DNA from: Octopus bimaculoides | Lineage: Eukaryota | Assembly (NCBI RefSeq): GCF_001194135.2 | Contig: NC_068983.1 | Span: forward strand, 100,179,798 to 100,243,797 | Direction: 5' to 3' | DNA: 64,000 nt | Shown here: piece by piece, positions 49,401-59,869 of the stretch | How positions within the stretch are numbered: position 1 is the first letter of the stretch | Layout of the letters: each line of letters starts with the position of its first letter | Position numbers and translations under genes: made by a program | Notes under the pieces: model-generated | What the model was told of the DNA's origin: nothing | The model's input: the letters and a program-made list of their open reading frames with translations, nothing else | Database searches by the model: none

Positions 49401-51476
49401 AATAATTTATATTCCTCAAGTTTCAAAAACTTTTGGAGAATACTGCTGGAGAAGTCTTAAAGCTACTTAAAATAGTATTATTGAAGTACCTCTATAGACA
49501 TGTTTATGTCTAATGTAAGTGATTTATCTGTTTTCTTGTTCGAGTCTTATTGATGTTTTTATTTTTATTTTAGGTGGCCAAAAATATTGAAGGAGTCACA
49601 AAATCATTGGAGAAAGCAGCATCTGCATCAGATTTAGTAAAGGTAAAAATCATCTGTATTCAGTTTATATATATGTTGGTTAAACTGACCTTGAATAGAA
49701 GAGGAGGGCTTGCAAATTCAACATGTTAAATGATGCAGAATTAAGAATGTTTGTATACAATTTTTTTCTACTACTGATAAAATGTTTTTAACCAGTGTGC
49801 TGTAAAATGGGTTGTTACATCAACATTTTTTTTTTTCCCTATTTTCCATAAGAAAGACATCAGGAGCAGATGTGGAATCATCCTTCAGAGAAAGGACATT
49901 CCCGGTCCCCACCTAAATGGCCCTCATCAGACTGAGCTGAGATTTCCTACTCCTGGTGAATGACACCTTTGCACCACTCCGGTGACAACCCTCCAATCTT
50001 TCCTGTCCTTCAGGGCTTTCCCCATTTGGTGGATGGGAGTGCTGATGGCTTTGTCCCAGTCATTTCACACAACATGCCTTATAGGTAGTTGGTGTACTTC
50101 CCTGGGGAAGAGAATTTTGGAGGTTTGTACAGGAGTTTGTTGCTGGTGAGGGTTTTACAAGGTTGAAGTGCAGATCTTACCTCAACTTCTTTTAGTTGCC
50201 TTTTATGACACATAGAGGAGACAGGTCTATTCTTTCGCATGTCCAAGGCCCCTAGGAACCGCCGGAGCTTCTTTGGTATCAGGATGCTTTACAGGATTAT
50301 GGGTTGCCATACTGTTTCGCCATGTTGCTCAATTTTCCTAGTCAAACCCTGCTTACCATGTTCTTTTCACTGAGGTTCTAGCTGGGATGATGGCTCGTAT
50401 TGGTCAACCACATGGCAGATAAGACAGTATTTCACAGAGATGGGGACTGACTGTGACTCTGCTTGAGAGGACCCAGGAATATACTGACAAATGGTGAATG
50501 CAGCAACGCACTTGAATGGTGCATGCCCCTACACCTTATTTGACCTGACAAGAAAAGAGCAGTGCCCATAGCCATTTTGCCCCACCCATCCTACCAAACT
50601 GAGACATCAAGGTGACTGGATGAATTTAATGTAATTTGTATTCTAGGGAGTGAAGAGAGACTTTCGAAAGTTTGTGAGATTTATGTAAAAGAATCAGTTT
50701 GAATGAATAAGCACTTTATCCATAACCTTCACATTTTTCTATGCTCGATTCTGAAAGTTTGCTAATTTAGTGACAAACTTATTTTTATTGAATGTATCAA
50801 TCCCATTCAGTAACATTTTTGTTATGAGAAAATTTTTTTATTCAAAGTGTTTCTATATTTATTGTCTATCTTTATGCTGCTTGTTTTTTGCTTTTGGTTC
50901 AGTTTAATCTAATAGTTATGTCATCTTTCTCCTAGATTGAACAAATAATGCAAAAGTTTGAGAAGCAATTTGAAGACCTTGATGTTAAAACTTCTGTGAG
51001 TATCATACTATTTCTATGTTTTATTATTGTTTATTTTCAAGGTTTTTGTTATTAGTTGTTTCTGTTTTCTTGTCTTGTAACAATGTTACAAGACATGAAA
51101 ATAAACCATTAACAATACAAACTTTGCACTAAGTAAAGTTTCTCTGATTTATTGCTAAAAAATTTCATTGAAATATCTTTTGTATTTTTAAATCGACAGC
51201 TCATTTTGTTAGTTATATTCTCAAATCCTTTATTATTCTGTTACCTATTCACAGCTAGCTTGAGAACCATTTTGAGTTAAGTGTCAAATGCTACGGACAC
51301 TTTGCAATGCTGGTAACAGAATATAAATTCTCTACAACTCAGTTGCTTGTCCAGTATCTCATTAACTTGGTCATTTATGGTTTTCATATGCATAAGCTAA
51401 AGAGAACCATAGAACATAGCAATTGTAATTTATTATACTCCTACTCCCAAACATATTAAGCAAGATGCATTGTGTT

Positions 51477-51510
<34 letters not shown>

Positions 51511-54500
51511 GTTATAGGTTTATTCCATTTATTTCTGATCCCTGTTGCTGTCAGAAATATTCTCTTTAAAATCTGTTTTTATATGTATTTTCATGGATTG
51601 CTGTTATGCAGCTGCTATTAAGAAATAAATAACAGAAAATATGGACAGACATTTCTAATAATATTACAATGTACTAAAACTTAGCCCAGTTTTCAAGGCA
51701 CTAAGTTTTTGAATAACAACCTCATTCTTTGGAATTGATTATCAGTTAATCAAAAGCCTTTTCCATATGAGATATGCGTTACTACAAATCACTCATTAAT
51801 TTGTTAGAGCAGTGAGCTGTATCTCATCATGGTCCTTATTTATAGCTATGAGGGCTGAATCATCGGAAGTTAGATGTCTATATAAGGAGTTGGTGAGTCC
51901 TAGTGATTAAATATAAAATTGTTTTCTTTATCTGTGAGGCAACACCTGAAAGGATTTGAATAGTTTTGACCCAAATACCAATGAATAAAACACTTATTTT
52001 ATAGGTATTTATGGACAATATTTTACATCCATTTCTTTCTATTCTTGCATGGTTGGAATTGTTTTTGTTGGAGCAATTGTTTTTTACAGCTGGATTCCCT
52101 TTCTACTACTGAACTACTCAACTTTAGTGGTCAGACAAGCTGAAAAAAGTAGAACTGTGTCTAGCTCAGGAACATAACACAATGACCATAGCAGTAAGGT
52201 TTGAACTTGATACCCATGGAATCAGTAGTCCACTATTGTAATCTCATTGTGCCAATTTACTTTTACAAATATCTCCCACAGTATTTTGTTTTCCTTTTTC
52301 TCTGGAGTTGTTAATCTTTTTTTTTTTTTTAGACATTGGAGTCGTCAATGAGTTCTGCTACCACTTTAACAACACCTCAAGATCAGGTTGAAGCACTGAT
52401 ACAACAAGTTGCCGAAGAGAATGGCCTGGAGATGATAGACCAGCTCAAAGATCTGAACCCTGCTTCAGGCTCCATTAGATCAACAGTTACTGCAGATTCT
52501 GTTAAAGAAGATGATCTTACTCGAAGGTGGGCATCTTATAAGTCATTTGCTAATTTTTGCACTGCAGAGTAAGAAGCTTGTTAATAGACCCTTTTAAAAG
52601 TAGAAAAAAAAACATTAAAATATTTCATCACTGAATTTAGCTGAGAACTGCTATCTGACATGTAAATATGGTAATGATTATGTCAATGGAGTAGTTATAC
52701 ATTTTTTTATTAATTTAGATATATATAATTCATACATATATTTTTACCTGGCACCAGCACCCATGAGCACGCAAGATTAGGATTGCTCAGCTGAAGAGAG
52801 ATGCAGGCATGTCCCCTACATCCCTCTTCAACTGAGCAATCCTAATCTTGCAGGTTTGTGGTTGCTGGTGCCATGTAAAAAGCACCCAGTACACTCTGTA
52901 AAGTGGTTGGCATTAGGGTGGGCATCCAACTATAGAAACCATACCAAAACAGACTTGTAGCCCAGGCAGCTCTTCAGCTGGCCAGCTCCTGTCAAACCAG
53001 CCAACCCATGCCAGCATGGAAAACACATGTTAAATGATAATGATGATAGTGTGTATTAAAAGATTACAGGTTAGTTCACCACCATCAATTCATCAGAGGA
53101 GAGTTCACTGCCATCAATTCACCATGAGGAAAGTTCACCACAAAGAAAGTTTACCAAGAAAATATATCCATAGTATCTGATCATTGATAGTTAAAAACTA
53201 TTTTATTTAAGAAAAACGTGAGAAAAATTGATGTTGAAAAATTATGTTGAAAAATTGATGTTGAAAAATTATGTTGAAAAATTTGTACGGTGAACTTTCT
53301 CTGTGGGGAATTGATGATGGTGAACTTACCAGACATGGTATTAGAAAGGAATTTTTTGTGTTTGATTGTCTTAAACTAAGTGATGTCAGTGGATAGATTG
53401 ATATGAACTTTGAAATTAGACTGGAATACTCTAGTATCTAATGTTTGTTAAGAGAAGTACACTCACTTAAAGACAAAAATTATGATGCATAGTATTAAAT
53501 GTGAACAATGCTATAAGATAAAAGTATATTCTAGATAAATTAGCAAAGTTAAGCCAGTAAAACCTTTAACCTTGTCATATCTGGCCCAAATATTCTACCT
53601 GTTTTATGTTAAAACTGACCCAATCCAACCTCTCACACATACCCTACAATATCATTGTAAAAATATACAAACACACCATTGAAATGTTGAAGCTACAAGA
53701 TAATGTGTGATTAATTCAAAACAATGTGAATAAATATGTATTACATACGACAAAGAAATTTGAATGCTAAAGTGTTAAACAAAAATTTTTTTTCTGTACA
53801 AAAGATAGGCTGTAGGAAACAAATGTAAGGTACCTGATGCCGCATGTAAGTGAGACATGAGTGGATAAAAGCTGTATGATCAAGTATGCATTAAGAGGTG
53901 GTACACAAGTAAGAGAGACTAGCTAGGAATTTAGTCATTAACCGAAGTGTGTGGAAGAGAACACTGCTAGTCTGTATGAGTAATATAAATAAACAAGCTG
54001 TGCCTTTAAAAAAAGTGTCATATACTGACAGTGAAAGGTGCCCATGATAAAGGAACCCCCTATAGAAACATGGGAAGAAGTAGTTGAGAGCATATCTCAA
54101 GATATTGGTCTTCATTGATGAAATAAATTAGGATCAAGACAAGTGTCAACACACCTGACAGATGTACCCAGCATGTTCTAACATAAAAAAAAACAAATTA
54201 AAATGATGATAATGATTGGGACTGTATTATGACAAGAAACAATTATCAGGAATCAAGTCATTTTATTTAGCTCAGTGCATGTCCACTTTTTGTTGCAAGT
54301 GGACCAGAAATAACACTAATGATTTTATAGCAACCACCGGTGCTGAAAAGATTAGGTCTCTCCAATGCATCTCAGATCTTTGTTGAACTATGAGGAAATA
54401 TGAATGGAAGAGCAAATGGAATTTATGCTAGACTGCTGCTCACATAAATGTTGAGTCCAACTTCTCAGCATATCACTGTGGCAGTCATTGATAGAACATT

Positions 54501-56251
54501 CCTTGTAAAACCCAACTTATTTGGGATGGCTTCTTCAGTATTGTGGCAATCACCACTACAACACTCCCCAATGGAATCTGGTGCACAGTCTCCCAGATGG
54601 AATTATATATTTGAGACAGTGCCAGTTTAACCACCTGAGTATTTGATACAAGTATTGTGGGGAATAGCATCAACCAGTTTAAAATGATTGAGCTTTGGTT
54701 CATATCAGATGTTGGGATTAAACTATTTAAGCAAAACTTCTCTAGGTTCAGAGACCCATCCAAGTAAAGACTGTCCCATTATCAAGCAACACCAACAACA
54801 CTGAAAGTTAAATAGTTTTTTATAAGACATTCAGTTGGTTGCAATGTAAAGGAGAGATCTAATTACATGGAGTGATTCTTCAAAATGTCACTGCATTGTT
54901 TTCTTGTAACTTTCTTGACTATAGGCTAGTGTTATTGTACTAAATAGAGTTCCTTTTAGATGTTTTATTGGAGTTTTGTTCTTGTAAAATTTAGAAATAT
55001 CTTGAGACATAAATTAGGATCTTCAATCTGAGTAGATTGAAGCTAGAGTATCAAACAAGAAGAATATGGTTTGAAGACAGTAAGGTACTGTAGGAGCTGT
55101 CATAGCACAATATTCAAATGCAAAGGGAAACTTAAAGTATTTATAGTCACAGGCAAGTAGTGGTAAGAACTTCCTTAGAAAATGGCAAGTTCTTTGATTT
55201 GACATAGTGCCATGATCAAGTCACTCTAGCAATAGGTTGACAATTCACTCCAAATTATAGTTCCAGAAGCATTAGTTTCAACATGTAGTGGAATTTAATA
55301 AGATAGGTGAGAGAAAGGCATTAACTATTGAAATTTTAAGCTGATGAATAGCATCAAGGTGTGCATTTTGCAGTGGAAAAGCAGGATTTACTATTAGGTA
55401 CTTGGACTGGAAATAACAATAGGGATTTCATCACAGAAAACTAGTCTAAGAGAATTTAGAATAAGGAATAATTCCTAAGATTGTTAATGCTGGTGCTGAT
55501 TATTGATGCTGAAGTAGCATAATAGGACATGATACAATGTAACATAGTTGTGTAGTATCATCATTTTATATCTGTTTTTCCATGCTGTCATGTGTTGGAT
55601 GGATTTCACAGTGTCTCATCACTTGTCACATTTCTTCTTCGTCAGGTACATGTAGCAACAGAAAACCAGCCATTTTCATTTGTATGGGATTTTTTTTTTA
55701 TTGCTGAATGCATTTCCAATCATCAATCAATTTACAGCATTGACACTGGATACATTTTATTGTGCCATTGAACACTAGAAAGTATGTCACACAACAAAAG
55801 TGCCTTTTCTACCATGTATCAATTTTATTCAAAAATACTTTCTAGTTGGGTTTCCTGTGCAGGGGCTTCTGGAATCCACATTTCCTTTTGTTCCCTTTTA
55901 TACATTTTTTCAGTTGGATGCCCTTCCTATAACCAACCACTTCACAACATACACAAAGAGCATTTTATCTTGTCATTGGCACTAGTAAGGTTGTCTTTGA
56001 CAAAATTAAGGAGTACCCTCTCCCCTCTGCCCATTTGTTCCTTTTTTTGTCACATGTATTGCTATCTTTGTTCATCTTTACTGGAGGGATCAGGCAAACA
56101 AGATATAACAGTGTCTCAATAAAATGGTAGAGTGAGGCTGTCTCTGTGATGTATGTTTTTATTACATGTAATAATGTTTTTCTGTATTGTAATTATTATT
56201 TATATTTCTCTTTGCATTTTATCTTGCAGATTACAAGCTTTGAGGAATTAG
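37153..56251 (+). CDS. CHMP1A: Charged multivesicular body protein 1A (ESCRT-III), 8 coding exons, 201 aa
   Basis: Exons 37153-37168, 41154-41173, 45287-45364, 47307-47453, 49574-49642, 50936-50995, 52333-52526, 56230-56251 (606 nt, all GT-AG, phases consistent). [28 protein letters not shown]...[12 protein letters not shown]...[20 protein letters not shown]...[28 protein letters not shown]...DDLTRRLQALRN*, with a C-terminal MIM1 motif. Confidence 0.97.
38759..38988. repeat. ~230-bp foldback palindrome (probable MITE) in CHMP1A intron 1
   Basis: Arms ~38759-38865 and ~38877-38988 are reverse complements with a few substitutions and two small indels; ~11-13-nt loop; abuts a (TA)n run. Confidence 0.92.
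40630..40915 (-). mobile_element. young RTE-tail retroposon copy (intron 1 of CHMP1A)
   Basis: CpG-rich, well-preserved tail; inverted near-identical partner at 42124-42371. Confidence 0.88.
42124..42371 (+). mobile_element. young RTE-tail retroposon copy (intron 2 of CHMP1A)
   Basis: Ends GGAAAGCGAACATTAAACGACGATGATGATG; translates almost identically to the 40688-40930 ORF on the opposite strand. Confidence 0.88.
43410..43540 (-). mobile_element. tRNA-derived SINE (same family as 58-126)
   Basis: Reverse complement GGCTGTGTTTGCTTCCTAACCACATGGTTTCCAGTTTAGTTCCACTGC. Confidence 0.6.
44050..44190 (+). mobile_element. tRNA-derived SINE (same family as 58-126)
   Basis: GGCTGTGTGGTTAAA ... GGTTCAGTCCCAC ... 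GGTAAGTGTCTTACTATAGCC ... GTAGACAGGAACTGAAAGAAG. Confidence 0.65.
44630..45040 (+). mobile_element. mariner transposase fragment (second lineage)
   Basis: [20 protein letters not shown] and [20 protein letters not shown], degenerate for the mariner ITGDETWVYGYDPETKQQSSQW motif. Confidence 0.7.
45620..45830 (+). mobile_element. tRNA-derived SINE (Meta-domain-like family), well preserved
   Basis: GAGCTGGCAGAATTGTTAGCACGCC ... GAGTTCAAATTC ... GTCGATTTTGCCTTTCATCCTTTTGGTGTCAATAAAATAAGTACCAG ... GGCCTTGTGCCAAAATTTGAAA. Confidence 0.85.
46066..46300 (+). mobile_element. short RTE-tail retroposon copy with 26-bp tandem duplication at its 5' end
   Basis: AGCACTTGTGCTGCTGTCA(C/T)(A/G)TAAA repeated about 2.5 times, then the shared tail. 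Confidence 0.75.
46763..46983 (+). mobile_element. piggyBac-type MITE
   Basis: TTAA|CCCTT ... TGCTAAAGAG|TTAA; inverted homolog at 53560-53774. Confidence 0.8.
48445..48664. mobile_element. piggyBac-type MITE (second family)
   Basis: TTAA|CCCTTTCGTTAC ... GTAATGAAAGGG|TTAA; TIR 11/12 identical with TTAA target duplication. Confidence 0.9.
49050..49310 (+). mobile_element. short RTE-tail retroposon copy
   Basis: Two UTR repeat units plus tail ending GGACATTAAATGATGATGATGATGAT. Confidence 0.8.
49900..50600 (-). mobile_element. old LINE 3' fragment, probably a different RTE-like lineage
   Basis: GC-richer patch; minus strand gives [23 protein letters not shown] and LKDRKDWR, resembling RTE C-termini. 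Confidence 0.4.
52750..52872. repeat. 123-bp palindromic element in CHMP1A intron 7
   Basis: 37-bp stem 52771-52807/52814-52850 with 3 mismatches and a 6-nt loop; outer 10-bp stem 52750-52759/52863-52872; runs into an RTE tail (52860-53050). Confidence 0.92.
53067..53333. mobile_element. MITE with TTCACC-rich inverted ends and an internal 13/14-bp tandem repeat
   Basis: GGTTAGTTCACCACCATCAATTC vs revcomp GGTAAGTTCACCATCATCAATTC; GAAAAATT(G)ATGTT x4 at 53222-53283. Confidence 0.7.
53560..53774 (-). mobile_element. piggyBac-type MITE, inverted homolog of 46763-46983
   Basis: CATATCTGGCCCAAATATTC ... TGAATGCTAAAGTG|TTAA; aligns along its length to the 46763 copy. Confidence 0.75.
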
Positions 56252-59200
56252 TCATCGTTGTATATTTTTTTTTTTTTGCTTTTTGATGAGAGAAATAATG
56301 GTGATTTACACGTTATCTGTAAATTGAATTAAACATACACCAAATGCTGACATCCGCCCAATATGGAAGCCTCCTAATCCACTTACATTATTTCATGTAC
56401 ACTCTTATATATATATATATAAATATGAACAAGTTTTGTTTTAAGGTTTTAAAGACTGTTTCAAAAATAAACAGACTTGTTAAGTTGCAAAAGAAATAAA
56501 TTTACATCTTTTTCAGAATTTTTTTTCAAAATCAGAAATTACTTTATTTTTCAAAGATTTCTTGCCTTAGCAGTTTATAAAAAGTAAGAATTATGAAATT
56601 TCTGTACAGTCTTTCATCATTTTCCTACAAAACTCCAAATTAAGAGACGTTTTTTAGTTTCAAAGAGAAAAATGGCTCGACTGACTTGCTCATTTTCATG
56701 GACATCATATTGTTTTTCTTCTGTTATTTTTCTTTCACTCCAGATCAACTCTCTTTGTCGCTTTCTCGTATCTTTTGAATCTGTGTATATTTTGTTTTTT
56801 ATTTATTGTTGAAAAAATTATAAAATAAAACTCATGCCATTATTTTTATTAATACTTTATATTAATCATTCGGTCTCTTTATATCAAACCAAATGCAAAT
56901 TGTAGATTTGGAAGAGTGATGATTCAACATGTTTGTAGGTCTTCATGTCATGGCAGTTTTTTGGAGACAATTTTAAGTTTTTCAAATGTATTAAAGATGC
57001 CAATCACCAAAATTCTCCAAGTGGAAGTGTTTGTTTTTGGACATAGTCTAACTTTTTGGTAGATGTTATTAAATATTATAAACATCAACTTGAATCAGAA
57101 AAACAAGCAGCTGGCTAACTGAGGAGATTTAATTTATGCATTATTATAATTACTAGGTGACTGTGTTCCTAATTATACTACAACATATCTGCTGTCCTAT
57201 ATCAATATAGGTACTTTAAATGATTTTCTCGTTATTTTAACTGTAGTATTTTATCTCCACAAATAGCTTACTTGCTTCTCATACTAGTTATTTAGCACTA
57301 TCTTAGTCTGATGTTTGCATTAAGAATAATCCCATGAACTCATGGGATTATTTTCATTCCAAGCACCAAACCAAGATAGGACACCTTACTGTGTACTGGA
57401 CATTAATAAAATAACCTGCCCTGCTAGCACTAAGTAGCTAACAAATTATCCATGGAACAAATGAGACACTTATGGAGTTGATATAGTAAGGAAAAAACTC
57501 AACATAATACAATTTGGAGAGGGAATGGCAGTCACTCTACTATGTAAGTGATAATGTGTTGTTTCCACAAGCCATAAATGCATAGTTTAAGTTCTGTCAA
57601 CAAGCCTGTTGTTCATTTTACAATCTCAAATTGGTTTTGATAATGTGGTAGTGTCATTTACATTAAAATCTTAGCTGTAAATTTTCAACTGTTTACTAAA
57701 GGGCTAATATATTTATTGCATTGAAATTTTATTTTAAAATATAATTTCAGTCAGCATCATCTGTAGTTTTTATCACATTGGATACCTTCATTATCATCCT
57801 CATTTTGCGTTTGCTTTCCAAGTTGGCATGGGTAGGACAGTTCAACAGGATTCAGTAGGTGCATTTTTTATGGCATCAACACTATAGAGGTTGCCTCAAC
57901 ATCAGCAAGACTAAAGAGCTCTCTCAAACTCTATGTTGTCGTTATTCAGTTTCATTACTAAACACTTAGAGTAAACTGGGTGCTCTTTGTGGCACCAGCG
58001 CTGTTAGGGTTGCATTGTAGCCTGCAAAGTGAAAGAGAGCACCCTATGATGGAAAATACATCAGATTTATCTATCTATGCACAAGAATTTTGACACATTT
58101 ATTAGGTGCAAATTCATAAAACTGTTTGAGACTATAGATAGTATTTTATAAGTTAAAGTACCAATTATGAAATTTGGGGTTAAAATACATTTTTAAACTT
58201 AGTCAAGTTTTTCTGGATACTTGTGTACAGAATCTCATTTGATATTTGCACATCTACTTAGCAAATGTTGTCTTTGATATTTGCACATCAACTTAATAAA
58301 TGTTGTCTTTTCCTCACTAAATATGGAGTAAAAATTTTTGATGTTTCACTCCATTAAATAATTTAACTATATATTAGAGACAATGGTTTGTGCAGATAAG
58401 AGAGGAGATAAGTTGGCAGTTGAAGATCAAAGCAAAGTTGGATTAGGCTTGTTATAACTGACCTTAGTAATGTAGGTTTCAATGAAAACATCAAAGAAAA
58501 GTCAGGATAAAGTGAAACACCTTATTTACCAGTACCTTATTTACTTACCTATATATTTTTGCACTGTAAGAGAGAAAAGTACTGGAGAATAGTGTAATCT
58601 TATTAAGTAAAATAAAATAAAACTCAGTATCATCTTTAAATATGTAAAATATCCAATTTAAAATTGCAAGTTAGTCTGAAATGTCTTCATAATAGTTGTA
58701 TTTTTGTTAAGATGATTTAACAGGTTTAAACTATTCTATAATGTCTTGGTGCACATCTGTAGGAAGATTTCAGTTTGATAATATACACTGTTCTTAGTCC
58801 TTATAGCAGTAAAATGTACCTATGTATGACATCTATATACTCCTTGTTGAACAGGTTCCTGAGATTTGTTTCAGTGGCAATGAGTGGATATCAACACTTC
58901 AGCCTTTCACTTGGTAGACTGACATCCTATTGACTTAGTCACACTTATGGTCACATACATAATTTGCAATGAAAATTAAGTTAATTACTATTTTATGACT
59001 TATTCATGCAGAAATTCTCCAGGAAGCAAAATCTAATACATTTTGTGTGCGTGTGTAAGAAAGAGAAAGAGAGATTAATTGAATAGATAATATAATTATG
59101 GTAATTATATTATAATGAATAAATTAATGGTTTATTAAATTGGCTGAAGACCACAGATCTGTTGAAGATTACAATTAACTGAGTCAATCACTGTACACAC

Positions 59201-59869
59201 TGTCCTTTTTCTACCAATTCTAGAGAGGAAGCAATTTTGAACCAGGAACATAACTAAAAATGGAAAAATGTTTAAGTCCAGTATTCTGTCTTTTCTGCTT
59301 GTCTATCTTAAAAATAAAAAGAAAGATTCCATGCCATATATCTAATGTTGGACACAATGGAGCCAGTTGTAATGAAAATAGAATGAAACTTACCTATAAA
59401 CTAAACATCAAATTAGTGAAATGGTTATATGATCCTTCTAAATTTAACTTTATTTCTAAAATAGTTATCATGAGTACATTATTATATATTGCATATGCTT
59501 ACATGTATGATAGAATTAGTTGCAAAAAATTAGTGTTAGACTATTTCCATAATGGTATAGGCTCATATGAAGACATGAACAAAAAACTTGGTTATGTGCT
59601 ACATAAGGTGTGATGAATGTTTCTTTGTATAACAATATAGTATATCTTGAGATGTCAGTGAAAGACTGTTCAATTAAATGGCATTGATTTTCAAAATCAC
59701 TCTTGACAAAGATTAATTATTTTAAGAGCATTTTATTTGCTTGATGCAGAAGTAAAAATAGCAAATGATGAAGTAGAGGTTCTGATAATATGAAAGGGCA
59801 AGTTGAGTAGTCAACTTGCCCTTTCGCATTGTTAGAAGGTTGCCTTCATTATTTATTTCACTATTATTA

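Noticed and set aside
49885-49945. Second hammerhead candidate (CTGATGAG on the minus strand)
   Set aside because: GGGAA instead of GAAA, a mismatched stem II and no stem I pairing.
54485-54763. 92-aa ORF vaguely like a LINE endonuclease
   Set aside because: Motif order is inconsistent with APE domains; not assignable.
59260-59613. 117-aa ORF
   Set aside because: Low-complexity AT-rich codons, no splice context and no recognisable motif.
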